Positions 36,801 to 51,380 of a stretch of 64,000 nucleotides of DNA are shown in pieces (position 1 is the first letter of the stretch; the number at the start of each line of letters is the position of its first letter). Made by a program: the position numbers and the translations under genes. The DNA is taken from positions 15,252,001-15,316,000 of the forward strand of contig NW_024704755.1 in NCBI RefSeq assembly GCF_018977255.1, given 5' to 3'. The notes beneath the pieces are model-generated. The model was not told where the DNA came from, did no database searches, and was given only the letters and a program-made list of their open reading frames with translations. Source of the stretch: Callorhinchus milii. Lineage: Eukaryota.

Positions 36801-39177
36801 CTGGAGAAACAGTGCAAACTGAGGTGAAACATTGTGCAGCACAACGATTTATAGTTCCAGTCATTGCAGTAGAAAATAAATGTTATGCATATCAGTTATG
36901 AATTATATTTTCCCCACAAAATACAAACCATAAATTGTAAAGCAAGACGGCGGTACCCAGTGACACCTCATCACAAGCAATGAAACGTGCTCACTTGTTA
37001 TTAATAAAACGAGGGAACATTGTGGAATAGAATTGCATTTTGTGATCAAACGCCTTGTGTTAAAAAGGGTTTGAAAATTAGACCGCTTTATGATGCTATA
37101 TTATGTTAAGTTATTATACGTATATAATATGCGTTAGGTTTAGCAAAACCTTCACACCAAAAGATACAATGTATTTTATGACCATCATCCACAACTCCCT
37201 CACCACCATTCTCAACACATTGGTCTCCCATCATATCAGCCATCGCTTCCTATCCCCTCAGGTTCCCCAGGACAACAGTCACACTCCATCCCTCAAGCCA
37301 CAGGTAGGTGCTGCTGAACATTGGATGTTCCTCCTGGCTCTATCCTCGGTCCTCTGCTCTTCACTATCTATCCCACTTGGCGACATCACTGTAGACATGT
37401 ATTGCATGTTCACATGTACAGTGATGAAACCCAACTCTCCCATCTTCCTCCACACTCGACCTCCAACTTCGACCCGATTGCTGTCAGACATCAAGTGATG
37501 AGATCCGACGTTCTTCCGCTGAACATTAATAATAATCCATGCATTTTATACTGCGACTGATATATCGAATGCAAGGATTAATATTATTATTATTATCACA
37601 TAATTGTTGTCTCAAATTGCTTCAGACAATTTACTTAATGAATCAATGCAACTGAACATCCCTATGAAAATTCAATTAACAACAGTTGACTTTTTAATAA
37701 TCTTTTAGCATCTTACCTGCTTTAGATTTTGGGAAAGCGAAGGTGGCAATAGCTGAAGTCTTGAGGCTGATGTGAGACACCAGACAGGTATAAACAGATC
37801 CATTCTGGCCAGACTGTGTGACTTTGATAGAGCTCGAGGCCTTATAGAGATCCTCTGAGTTCTGCTTCTCAGTGGAACCTGACTCTTCCAGCTTTATTTC
37901 TGGTGTTGGCACAATTTCGGTGCCATCTTTATACCAAGTGAAGGTGATTTCCTTTGGGTGAAACAAAGCAGTTTCACACACAAGAGTCTGAGGCTTAGGT
38001 GAATTCCTAGAGAAAATCTTCAGTGGAGTTGGGGGAACTGCAGAAAAGATAATGGAGGAGAATCGTATTCATTTTGATCAATCAGCAGGAGAAACTTTAT
38101 TTTAATTTGTATCCAATACATTTCTTTGCAAACTCCTGATTCCTGAGTACAATTGGAGGTTTGTTTAGATACACAAATATCCCTCTCACAGCAGCATCGC
38201 CTTGCTCCTGCTTTAACTACATTGTGGCTTTGTCAAGTAATATTTATTCATAATCTTTATCTTGCATATTATTACTAACTTTGATGATTGGCAGGTGCAA
38301 ATGATCACTTAAAAATGTCTGTTCAATAGGTTGAACCCGCGAACAATAGAGGATTCCTGGCAGAGGTGTGCACACTGTGTTAGTGTGGCTCAGTTGGTTG
38401 TACTTTCGGCTCTGAGATAGAATTTCGCTTCTGCTGACCGCTGCCGAACGGTGGTGATAAAATAATCATTGCATTTGAAAATAGCACCTTATCACATCTT
38501 CGAGATGTCTCAAAGCACTTTAAAAACTAGATTGTGAAAGTTATAATGTACAAACAATATAAATAACGATATAGCATTCACCGCATTTATTACTTTTCAT
38601 GTAATTTCTAAATGCCAATTTCGCTCTTCATTCACACTCACCGCACACAGTTAATCGCGATCCAGATCCTGTTCCGATTATTGATCCCTGACGGACCACT
38701 ACACAGCGATAGACTCCAGAGTCCTGTGAAATCACATTCAAGAACTGGAAGAAGCTGCTTCCTTTAGTTTTTACACCAAATAGTTTCCTGTTATCCTCCT
38801 TTGTATCCAAATAGCCACTCTCACCCTTCTTATTCCACTGCACCTCCACTTCTGAACCGTCTTGAGAGAAGGGGAAGATACAGCGGAAGGTAACATTTGT
38901 TCCTCTGATGGCAGCCACATGGTCGGGGATTTGAGTCACTTTCACGGAAGAATCGCCATCAACTGTCAGAAAATAAAGTCAAACACTGACTTCTCAGGTG
39001 GTGAGCCATTGAGAAAACAAATGAGTAAAAGAGGAATAAACGTAAGTATGTAAGATAAATGTCACATGGAAACAAGTTTGCAAGTATTTCATAGAATAAC
39101 CGAACTATAGAATGAACATATATACCTGTTGAAATAATGTGTAAGGCAGACAGGTACAGGAAGACAACACTCCCCAT
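36715..39177 (-). CDS. Gene A3: leader-V-C1 with truncated TM exon, predicted 259 aa, probably soluble
   Basis: Exons 39177-39126, 38962-38642, 38037-37717, 36800-36715. V protein is identical to A2; C1 differs (IKV, SHI, extra Ala). Confidence 0.72.
37717..38037 (-). CDS. A3 C1-set exon
   Basis: Open, 321 nt, ends PKSKA-G, donor GTAAGA. Confidence 0.92.
38642..38962 (-). CDS. A3 V-set exon
   Basis: Same translation as the A2 V exon; canonical splice sites. Confidence 0.92.
39126..39177 (-). CDS. A3 leader exon
   Basis: Same sequence as the A2 leader. Confidence 0.85.
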
Positions 39178-39252
39178 GTCTGACTCTGGCTCTGATGGTC
39201 TGTCACAAGTGAACGTGGATTATTTGATGCAGAGTAGGTCGCTGTGACACTG

Positions 39253-39261
39253 ACTTCCTGT
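39253..39261 (-). promoter_or_regulatory. ETS site in the A3 promoter
   Basis: ACAGGAAGT 76 nt upstream of the ATG. Confidence 0.55.
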
Positions 39262-41294
39262 TTCTTTGGGTTCGCGAAATGTAACAGGTGTGGAGAACGC
39301 AATTTGAAATCACAGTTTGGCATTAAAATTATGAAAATAATAACCCATCCTGTTAAGAGCAGAAAAAAGCTAAGTGTATCAAAACTTTAAAAAAATGCTC
39401 TGTTTAGCATCATTAACAGATTATGGTGCTTTGTCCAATCGTAAATGTTGGTTTGGGCATCAACTCGTGGAACCAGTTGTGTCAGAAACATTCCAATCTG
39501 ACGAAAAATGTCTTCTCGTACTTTTATCCAGCTGTCCCCTTTTATAGAAATTAACCTTTCCTTCTCTTCTGGCATAGTGCTCTGCTTCAAAATCACTCCA
39601 TCAAAAGGTGTACCCCAGTCCCTCTAAACTCTCCAATTATTGGCCCATCTCCAACTTGCCCTTGGTAGCCAAAGTTCTGGCCACTCAACTTTGCTTCCAC
39701 CATTTTCTACACGCGGTCTAGAAACCATCCTCCTTGTCTTCTGCCAACATCTTCTGTCTCCAATGGCTTGCTGCACCCTCTCTGCATCACCATCAGTGGC
39801 TAAACCTTCAGTTCTTTGTCCACAAAATAAACACAATCATACGAGTTCACAATATATCCTGCAAAACTCTTTTGAAACATCTCAACAACATAATAAGGTG
39901 ATATATCAATCAAGGATTGTACTGTAATTATTATTAGATTCCTATACCCTATCTTTTGCAAATCCCTCCACCTCGCAATTTGTCTCACTCTTTCCCAATC
40001 CGTCTTTGTCCTGACTCAATTCCTACCTCTTGAAACATATCTATCTCCAGCTCTCTCCCCGCTGCCTTTCCCTTACTTAGTGTCCCACCGAAATGCTTTG
40101 AAGCCCACCAAGATTATAGGCTATGCGAAGGATGCCATGATGTAATATTAATCCTTGTGCCTTATTACGTCTTCAAAACGTCTCAAAACGCTTCACAGAA
40201 TATACTGTTAAGTGAATTGAATTGATGCTGTACAAATGTGAATTGTTGTTGTTCATAGGTAACAAATAATCTGATAAATGCAGGACATTTTCTTACACAA
40301 ATCTATGCAAATTATATATTGTAGGGACATAATGGTGATTTGCCAGGTGGCGATGCAGACTACATCATATTTATAATATGAAAAGCTATAATCTATCCTT
40401 TTGTTTCCCTCGTTCACTGTTGTACCTTTGTTTGACTCGCTCAGGATTTCTGTGGATTCCTGATACCTCTACTGCCCCTTCAAGCTATTTCTGCCTCAAT
40501 CCCTGTACCACACTTTCTTTTTAAGTGTCTTCAAATCACATTTGAAGATTTTCCTCTTCGCCTGTGCCTATGGTCAATTTGCCAGACAGACACATTCACC
40601 CACAAAACACACACCACTTCATGTAGTAAGAATGCATATCTGTTTTACATAAATAATGATATATTGTGTAGGTACAACCACTTTACTGCAAGATGCACAG
40701 CCTAATTGATGGCAAATGTTAATAAGCCATGCACTCTATATAATGTGAGTGAGCGAGACTCTTGTAATGGAATTATCCTTTGACATTTACAAATACAGCA
40801 GAACGATTGGTGTTTTTATACTGAGTTGTTTCATGTTAGGTGTATTTTTAGCCATTACGTGAAAAGTTCGACGCCCACGCTTCAACTTTTGCACTGTGTT
40901 GGACGAATTGCGCCACACTTTGTTGGCCTGCTTTTAAGTTAGCCTGTACCAAGTGTTGTTTCATTAGTACTGAAGAAACAATGCGTCAAACTGGTCGATA
41001 TGAGCTAGTTGCTAGTTTGATTCACTGTACATGTCACCAGACATCATCTGATGGGAATTTTGATTGCACAGCATCCTCAGTCTATCTGTGGATAATGCTC
41101 ATGGATAGTGTTCGGTGGTGGTCAGCAAAGCAAAATATATGTATGTTTTGGAGGATTAGACTTTAAATCCTAGAAGTTCCACACAAAATATTCAACAGGC
41201 TATGTTTCATGAATTGTGCACAACCTTGATGTTGCTATTAGTAGCGGAAATGGTCATAGTCATGGAGCCCTGGGTTGAGCAACAGGTCACTTAC

Positions 41295-41710
41295 TTGGCA
41301 TTTAAGGCTGATCAAACTTGAGCGCGTGAGAAACTGGGATTGTTCAATTGGAGAAAAGAAGAAGGGGTTATCTTCTTGGTGTTTTCCGAATACAAAGAGT
41401 ATAAATAAACTGTCCTCAAATAATATGTTTGATGAAGAAAAAGAATGATGCAGAGGAAGGTGATATTTGTCTCTCTGATGGCAATCACACATTCTGGGAT
41501 TAATGTTACTTTGACCGAAAAATTACTAATAAGTATTAGAAAAACAAAGACAGATTGGTACAGTAACATAACATCCCCTCTCATGATTCTGAGCAGTTTT
41601 GACCGTGATGGTCTGTAACAAGCTGATCTGCAACAAGGCTGCACAAATGTTTTGCCGCAAAAAACGTTTCTGTGTCATTTGACTTCCTGTCTTTGAGGGT
41701 TCAGGAAGTT
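41295..41710 (-). pseudogene. Degenerate promoter + leader + V remnant
   Basis: Duplicate of 26680-27095. Confidence 0.6.
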
Positions 41711-44700
41711 GTGTTTGTGTCTGAGGGCAGTTTGTAAGCACATGTGATCCTTGAAGTTATGACGAGTTTAACCCAATACAAGTTGACAGACAAATGCAGC
41801 AAAACATCGGGGGGAGTGCGGGAGAGAAATAAACATGCATTGTCCAGGATACTGTACTGACCAAGACCTAAAATCCCACCTATTATTAGAGTGAAAACAC
41901 ATTTTTAATGTACATCAAGCAAAATTGTGAAAAGTTCTTAAAATTAGCCGTCATTTGTAAGTCAGTTTTACGCAGTAAACCAACAGAATAATAATAATAA
42001 ATAAGCTGCCTACTAATAATAATATTAATAATCCTTGCATTTGTTATAGCGCTTTTCACATCGGGAAGACGTCCCAAAGCGCTTCACAGAATATACTGTA
42101 AAGTGAATTGACTGTATATTTGTGGGCGAACGCGCAGCCAATTGCGCACAGCAATGTCCCACAAACAGTCGTAGATTGAAAATGACCAATTTATTATTGT
42201 TTTTGGTTTTGGAGAGATTATTATTAGGCTCTGTGTGGAGTAAGGAAACTTGCCCAAGGTCTCACCCTCTGCCTGGAACTGAACTCAGGTCTCTCGCTTG
42301 CAAAGCGAGTGCTTAACCACTGAGCTACAGGACTCCACTGAGCTACAGGACTTAACTGACTAAATTCAGATAAGATGGTGTTCCTCGTTGATGAGAGCTG
42401 AGCCATGGGTTATGCATTTGAGGCAATGAAGGACTTTAACCAGCTAACACTGTGTTCTGTACCATTGAAAACGCTGTTTGGAAGCTACATATTGTTTGTT
42501 TAGTGAGGAACATCCTATCACTTAGGGATTTTCTCTTGTAGGAATAAATGGTCGTCGAATAGGAAGGATCCCTGTCACCAGACTGACCTTCCAAATCCCA
42601 CTCTGAGACAATAAAAATGGTCTTAGAGACCTGATGGGATTTTTCGCCTCTGATGACCACACAAATGCAGTTTTTTTGGCAAGAGTCAGTGGGTAATGAT
42701 GAAGAGAAGGCACCCTGACTTATTATCCCCTCACTATCCCAGGTGGTGAACGCAAAATGCACACTCTGGGGTCCACAAGTCTTGCATACTAGCACTTAAA
42801 GCACCTAATATTCTCAGGAACTGAGTAAACAGAACGCCTCTCGCCGAGGAGAGTGTGCATTCTATTGCAGGCAGAGATTTCCATGTGTAGGTGGAGCTCC
42901 AAGTCTAGTTTTGATATCCTAAGCATGCAATTGAGATTCTGCATGTGTATGATGGCTAACTGACCAAAAAAAATTGGTAATGGCAGCCAGATGAGGAGAT
43001 ACCTTGTGATGTCCTATGCAGTCCAGTAGGATGTCGATACTCATTGCCAGTGCTTACAAAAGAATAAGGTCCACTTTGGGCATGATATTGGGGAAAACCA
43101 GCAACAATGGACGCAAATCCCAGAATGAAGAGACTGTGGCTTAGAAGTGAAGATGTATACCAATCATAAGGTAATTTTAAAACAATGAAACCATGAAAGG
43201 TTTGTTCCAGTAGGTGTGAATTCTCAATCTTCAGTGCCATAGAAGTAGTTTCTCTGTTTTATCTGGAGACAATATGCTCACTGTCTCTATGTACATTTGA
43301 ATATAGTTGCACAGTAACAACATAATGAATGCAATTGAAAATTTAAAGGAAAGCCCAATATAATACGTTGAAAATACTGAAGGGAGATTTTTGGTATCCC
43401 AACTCCCAGTGTTCGAGTCAAAAGACCAGACAATAAAGTTTTGTGGCTAACTCAGTTTATTCAAATATAATGTTAGAATATAGAAGTTATAGTCTAGTAA
43501 TAATGAAATATTAAACAAGTGTAGAATGGAGAAAATAGTGACAGTCATGGGTAGGACACATCTGTTTTTCTCTGTTTCTGAAGACAGCCTTGGGAAAGAG
43601 CAGGAGGTCACCACTTATCAGTAAATAACAACAAAACCTACAGAGGTAACAGTCCAAGGTACAGGTCGACACAGTATCTCAGCTTAGCAATAAGTCTCTA
43701 GATTCTGACAGGGCCTACCAAGCGAGAGAAGGCAACCCTCAAGAATAACGAACTAACGAGCAAGTTGTTCAAACTGGAGGCCTTTGGTACCATCCCGGGA
43801 TACTGATAAGAAATAACCATTCACTTAAAAGGAAGACAGTAATGATCCCACATATCAAAATAACAAGCACCAGATACAGCCCTAAACTGAACAATCTCCT
43901 ATCTTAGACAGGAGAAAGGGAAGACCTCGTGGAGACTCAGTCAGGCTGGCACCAAGCCAAATGATTGATTAACCTGAGTACGTGACTGTATCAGAAGTAG
44001 TTAGAGGGGCCCAAGGAAGGCCACTTGGAGAAAGGGTATAACTACTGTACCTCTAGGTGAGAACGGTTAAAAAGACAGGAAGGCCAGAGAGAGAGAGAGA
44101 CCAGTGTGGAGAGGTCCCTTTCAGAATTACAGGGACGGTGATCTCTGACGTTCTGTGACTGTCTACAAAGCCTGGTGGTATAATTTGTTAGACATTTGTA
44201 GTAACTTGTCAATGCATGTTGTGTTCACTCTGATCAGAATAAACCTTGCTACACCATATTGTGATTGTCGTGTCATATTTCGAACTTTTCCCAGCTCTCT
44301 CTGTTTTTGTGTCAGATTTCCAGCATCTGCAATATTTTGTGTTTTGTTTATGTTATTAACAGATGTTGAGTGATGGTTTGAGTACAAAATCGTGTTATCT
44401 GCCATTTTGATTCATATCAACAAGATTAAAAACTTAACGTTTACAATTTTATGCAGCTCTGCCTCATAGTGCTTCATTAGATATATCATATTCTAACAAG
44501 ATCTAGAGAAAATATAAAATAATGATTTAAATGTAAAAACAACAATCGCTAGATGTGGTATTGTGCCTTTCAAGTCGGGAGGACATCTCAATCACAAGAC
44601 AAATTGTAAAGGGTAGTGACTGTGTGTTTTGTCGTCGAATATGGCAGCCAATTTGCAAACAGCAATGATGCACAAACAGTCATGAAAAGAGTTGAGCGGA

Positions 44701-47700
44701 TGATTGAGAGAAAGAGAAAGAGTGACTGAGGAGAAAGAAAGAGAGAGAGAGCGGAGGGAGCGGGGGAAAGAGAGATAGTGATGGAGAGAGAGTGTGCGCG
44801 AGTGATTGAGGGGAAAGAGAGAGAGTGATTTTGGAGAGAAAGAGGGGAGAGAGAGGGAAGAAAATTAGTGATTGAAAGAGAGAGAGAGAAATTGTGTGAG
44901 CCTCCCTCGGCCACTGCGGAGGGACCGAGGACAGACACCAAATGACGTGCTGTGCAGTTCCCTCACAGAAAGTTACCTCTTTCCCCAGTGAGAAACTCCT
45001 CTAGGTTCTTCATCCCACTTCCAATCCTACCACTTCAACCTGCTGACCAGGCTGTTCTATTTGCAGAGCTCCCCCTCCCTTTCCACCCCATCTGCCCCAA
45101 CATCGCCGCTGCTCTCAGGATCTCCATTTTCGGAGTCCCTCCCCTCTTTCAAGGCACATCAAGAGATCTTGGATACGCTTTCGGTCATCGTTTCCTCTCC
45201 CCACCTCCTCCCTTAGTTCCCTCCTCCGGCTCAGGTGCCCAGACAGTAGTGTCGAGTGTATTCTGCAAAGCGCATTGAGACATCTTGGTGACGTGATGAG
45301 GCGCTATATGAAATGCAAGGATTATTATTATTATCCAGTGCTCAGCAGCCAAAAGGTTGAACCACCCAGTCTTAGATTATGATTTCTAAGTCCCGACACT
45401 GGGCTTGAATTGACAAACTTCTGACTCAGAGGTGGGAGTGCTACCAAATGAGCCAGTCTGATACACAACACATGGTTCACTTCGCATTCCTCAGCGCACT
45501 CCTCAGCGCACTCACTTGAGCTATTTGGATGTATTTTTAAAATGAATGGCTACAAATATAACAAATAGTCACTGAACGGATGCCACTTCAATTCAGATAA
45601 AAGCTTAACTAGTAGTTTAATAAATTACATTCTCAACATCTTAACATTAGCTTTATGCAATATCATCGAATCTAACTCGAATGAATGAAATAAGTGGAGT
45701 ACCAAACACTCTGAGTCACAATATAAATGCAAGCTGGTAAGGCACAATAGTGTTTGGTAAATATGAGTAAGGCAAACCAGAATGTATTAAAAGAGCAATA
45801 TTGAACCAAAATAGTGGGGTAATTTTGCCACTTTATAAGTCACTGGTGTAACCGCACTTGGAATACTGTATGCAGTTCTGGTCACCACAATATAAAAAGA
45901 GTATTGTAGCAATTGATAGGACCCATAGGAGGGCAACCAAAATAATTGAGGGGATGGAGGAACTGGACGACAATTAGATAAACTGTGTGTGTTCACGCTG
46001 GAGACGAGAGGGGGCAATATGATTACGGTCTTTAAGATTCTGAAGGGGCGAGATAATACAGACCATGATAAGCTGTTTATCTTATAGTGAACAGTAGAAC
46101 GAGAGAACTAAGCCTGTGATTGAAGTGGGGAGGGGGTAAATTCAAAACAAGTCAATAGAAACACTACTTCATTGAGCGAGTGATAATAATAATAATAATA
46201 ATCCTTGCATTTGATATAGCGCTTTTCACGTCTTCTCGATGTCTCAAAGCGCTTCACAGGATATGCTGTAAAGTGAATAACCGTATATTTGTGGGCAAAA
46301 CGCGGCAGCCAATTACGTACAGCAAGTGATAAAGTGATGAGCGAGTGATAAACTTATGGAACAGGCTACTAATGGAGACAGTGGGGGCAGAAAGCATAGT
46401 TTGTTTCAAGCAGAAATTAGATAGATTTCTGCAGGAAAACACCACCTCAGGATATATGTAGTTTATAATTTGGCACATATACCAAGGAATGCTCGGGTGG
46501 TGGAAGGAAGATATACCTTGGGCTTCTTTCGCCTTGCAACTTCTTATCTTCTTAAATTGTTGTTGCCAATATTAAAGGTACATTGGAAAATATACCTAAA
46601 AATATTTCTCAATGCAAAGATTGGAAGCATATAATAGAAATCCCCTTGTCCTAGACATTGCATTCCCCTGAGGCATGGAAAACCATGATTGACTAAATTA
46701 CCACTTTAAACCTCATTGAACACTTTATTTAATGCAATTCAAAATGATGAAATCAAAGCTGTTATGTTCAATTATACTACACGATACAATGAACTTCATT
46801 TGTGATTTTAGGCGAGTGATATTTGAAATATCCCACAAAAGTACAATAAGACCTTTATTTGTTGCAAAGTCATAGCTGTCATGCTTGCTGAACACCAATA
46901 GCTTTATTTTAACATAATAAAATATGTTATTTATGAGACTTGGCGATCAAGTCTCTGTCGTTCACACACGCAATGCGAAATGTAAAAACAAAAACTTTAA
47001 ATTTGGGGTAGAATGAAAACTTGACTCAGTTTTCTGGTGCCAAATTTGAAAGTTTGCCAATCTGGAAACAAATAACATAATAATCCGGGATGCTTTAAGC
47101 TAAGAGAGACAAATATTTTATTTTTAAAATGCTGAAAAATATGAAGTGTTCACAGTGAAATGAACAGTGAAATCACGCAAAGGGAATATAGCTCGAAGTG
47201 CAGGTGCTTTCTGGATCCTTTTGTGGATAAGGTTTTGTGGCTTCTGATACATAGATTTATTGAAACCATCAACATCATTTTCAGCAGCGGTCAAAAAAAT
47301 CAAAACATGACTTACTATTGATGTACAACTGACTTGATGATATGTCCCACAATTATTTAAAAAACATTATATTGGTTGCGTTTGATATATTAGTAATTGT
47401 CATTTAATTGGAGCCAAATCGACCAAGCTGAAATTGCTAATATTTAACGTGTGAAAAACAAGTAAGAGACGATATTCTAGGTATATGCCAACACCTTAAT
47501 GGTATAAATCAAAGGCACTCAAATATGTTTGATACAGTATACCAGTTCATAATTTACAATCTTCTGTTTCTTCCTATTTCCATCAGCACAATTCAATCAC
47601 CTCTAATCTTTTCTTCCTTATTTCATCTATAACAAAACAAGTAGTGCAACTGTGAATATCACCAATCCTTCGATTCTATGATAAATTGTAATAATTGCTG

Positions 47701-47954
47701 ATTTTCACACAAACAAATTGATGCTTCAATCTGAAATGTTTACCACGAGACTGCAAACATAAAATGTTTAGTTTTATTCTAAACGGTTGTTAAACTTATT
47801 CAGATAACACGATTTGCAGTTAGATCGCCTTTCACGTTAGAAGGACGTCTGAAAGCGCTTGGCTCTGTTTGTTGGGCACCGGAGCTGGAGACGGAAGTCA
47901 AAGTATTCCATGTGACTGTCTAACATCATTTGTCTCTAAGACAATATCCATTTA

Positions 47955-49555
47955 TTATAACACTGGATATATTTTCAACTTATCTTCAAGAATATTCAGC
48001 CTCAGGGAAGCAGAGCTTATGAATGACGATATTAACGTTAATATGATAACCAAGTAACAGATATGGAAGCGATTGCATGAATATATTGTTCAATATTATT
48101 CCAGACACCTGGAAATTTGGAGGAGATATTTATATAACCATTGATTACTTCGGAATCCTCCAACACAACAAAACGTAATTTCCCCCTTCTAAACCATTCT
48201 ATGTCCTGGTTACCAGCGAACAACATGAACTAGTTTCCTGTTCATTGATAATTTCATGGATTACGATATCAATACAATAATTGTAAATGAAACAGTATTA
48301 TTTTGAAACAAAGAATGTCTTACCGTTCAAGTGGTTTGATTCTAATGTGGTCAACAATGAAGACTGTCAACACTATCACTACCAAGAAACATAAAATAAA
48401 CCGAAAAATCATCATATTGTTGAACATTGGACTGGAATCTGGAAAACAAATATCGGACTGTAAAATGTTTACGTGCAATTTACTGAATAACGACTGTATT
48501 GGGAAAATCCACACATTCTTCATCAATTGATATTGGAAGCTACAATGAGACGGACGAATATTATAAACTGTGCATTCAATTGATTGGAAAATAGCAGCGA
48601 ATTGTTGTGAATGTCATCGAGCAAACACTTTATTAGTGATGTTAAAGATGTACGGTTATATATGTTATGGTATCTGTTCCCCTGAGACTGTTTGCTCAGC
48701 TTCAAATGTACCAGATTTAACACCTGTACCGACCCGAGCCATCGAGAGGTGGACACCATCGTCATCAAACTCATCGCGTTGGACATCTACTATTGTGTGG
48801 AAAACTCTATAAAACAACTAAACGAGTTTTATTTTAAGTGCAGTAATTGTTGTTATAAAGGAAAAGCAGCAGAAGATTGGCTCCAAAATGTCCCGAGTAA
48901 ATGGAACGGATTAATGAACGAATATTATTTGTGTTTTATTTGTGAACATACATCAATCCAAAAGTCCAATTTCTGATTTCAAACCTAATTGCGTGTGGAA
49001 CCCGCAGCACTATTGCACTTTAGAAGTTAGTAAATGACAAAAAATAACATTTTGTAGGAGACATATGTAGTATATAATAACAAAACAAGAACATCCCCAG
49101 GTTTGAGCTATTTTTCGATTCAAAGACTATATATCTCCAGTTGATTGTGTTGTATATATAGATATATACACACATGGAGTTTACAGCGAGAAACTTGTAT
49201 GATTATCAATTGCAGCGTCAATAAATGTAAATATAATTCCAGTAACAAGGTGTTTAACAACAAAAGACAGAAAGACAAGATGTTTCCTGCCATACAATCC
49301 CGTGTCGGGTTTACAAACTGTGTCGCTGCGACTCCGGGAGTCCGGAGGTGCCGTGAGATGTCAGACAGCAATAACCAGCCCCGCGCTGTCCCGGCGGTAT
49401 CTCTTCTCTGTGGCTACAGAGCTCGAAACTTCATAAAGTCCCTTTGAATTCTTTCCTTTATTACAACGTATCCCCAATTTAACTTCACTGCCATCTTTAT
49501 TCCAAGTGAGTTTGATATCTCCGGGTACAACCCACCCATATCACTCACAATGTGT
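47955..49555 (-). pseudogene. Degenerate C1 (~49555-49285) and TM-like exon (48108-47955)
   Basis: Third copy of the same remnant. Confidence 0.62.
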
Positions 49556-49621
49556 TCACGTCTTCTATTCGGAATAATTCGTTCAGTTTAGGGCAATAAA
49601 CAGTTTGTGATATACCAGCCC

Positions 49622-49644
49622 GGGGGGGGGGGGGGGGGGGGGGG
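49622..49644 (+). repeat. G23 homopolymer
   Basis: 23 consecutive G inside a ~40-nt insertion absent from the paralogous sites near 20413 and 35003. Confidence 0.9.
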
Positions 49645-51380
49645 CTACAAACAGTGAGACATAATCTGAACATTGTGGCTAAACCGCTCAGAAGTGATGT
49701 GGAACCTTTCTCTTCACGTGGAATTTCGGAATCCACTCAGATAAATAGCCTTAAATGTAGATTCAAGTGGGATATTTAAAAGCAAGTTAGGTAATAGCTT
49801 TACGGGATACAGAAAGTAGCACAGAAATGGTAATGAAAATTCTGCCACCATCCTCCATCAACAACAACCTGCATTTATATAGCATCCCTCAAGCAGGAGA
49901 AGACAGGACATTTCACTATAAGTAAAGATATAAGCAGAACCTCCCCATTCGCACCACAATTGCGCACAGCGGTGCCCCACAAACAGTCGTGGATCGAGTG
50001 ACCAAACTACTATTATTATTCCTTATTATTATTATTATTATTCCTTAAAAAGAAGATGTTTGAAGGAATTATTAACCTTGGAAAAGCGATCCGAGAATCA
50101 ACTAACAACTGGGTTCCTACTTACTGCCGGTAAACAGATGCCCAGCGTTTCGCCCTGACCGGGAATCGAACCCAGGTCCCCTCGCATTGCATTGGATTGT
50201 CAGTGACATTGGGGTAATCGCAATAAATGCATTCAGGATGGAATAAAATCTTGGGTAAACATTCTGGTTACGGCGCTATGGAGGGATATAAATGTTTGAA
50301 AGCGTTGTTAACTTTAGACATTGATGTATACATTTGATTGATACTATTTTAATGTACGTATTAAGCACAATAACTGGTTTAAATATTATATCTAATCTCA
50401 AGCTGTGTATTTATTTATTGAAATCAGAATGAAAATTACGAGGAAATCAGAACTGAAAACACTTTGATATTTTGTAGCTTAAGATAGGTGTAGCTAATGA
50501 CATCTGATCACATTTATTGTTATGATTACTGTTGGTTTTAATACACGGACGAAGGTGACACACGGGAAACCAAAACGGACACCTGATATTCAGAGGAAAC
50601 CCACAAAATAAAATCCATAATTTGTAGAGTAAGACGGCTGTACCTATTGATATATGATTGCAGCGATGAATCATACTCACTTGTTATTAATAAAAGGAGG
50701 GAACATTATGGGATGGAAAGTCATTTTGTGATCAAGTGTATTGTGCTAACACCAAGGGTTTTGAAAATGATGCGGGTTTAGGAGCTCCCACTGAGATGAT
50801 ATCGGTGAGGCTGAACAAAACGTTTGGTGATTCACATCAAATGTTTCACTTTCAAACAGTATAATGCAGTTGATCATCACCATGCACAGCCCACTCACCA
50901 CCATTCACCGTACCCGTGGCTCCCATCAAGTCTCGCACCGCTTCCTCTCCCCTCAGTACCCCCAGACCCGCAGTCACATTCCATCCCTCAAGTCATGGGT
51001 AGTTGCTGCTAAACATTGTATGTTCCTCAGGGCTCTAATCTCGATCCTCACTATCTATATGCTCCCAGTTGTTGATACCATCCGTAGAATGTCGACATTT
51101 ATAATTATGAAACCCAACTCTCCCATCTTCCCCCACACTCGACCTCCACCTTCGACCCGATTGGTCTCAGGCGTCAAGTTCTTGATGAGCTCTGACATTC
51201 TTCAGCTGAATAATAATTATCCTTGCATTTCATATAGTGACATACATATCAAATTCAAGGATTAATATTATTATGATTATTAACTCATTATTGTCATCTC
51301 AGATCACTTCAGACAATTTATTATATGAATTAATGCAACTGAACATTCGGATGAGAATTCAGTTGACAACAGTTGACTTT

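Larger units (their letters stand above)
34383..48985. repeat. Internal ~14.6-kb tandem unit containing A3
   Basis: Head-to-tail duplicate. The unit start recurs a third time at ~48985-49600 and then diverges into the A4 unit. Confidence 0.95.
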
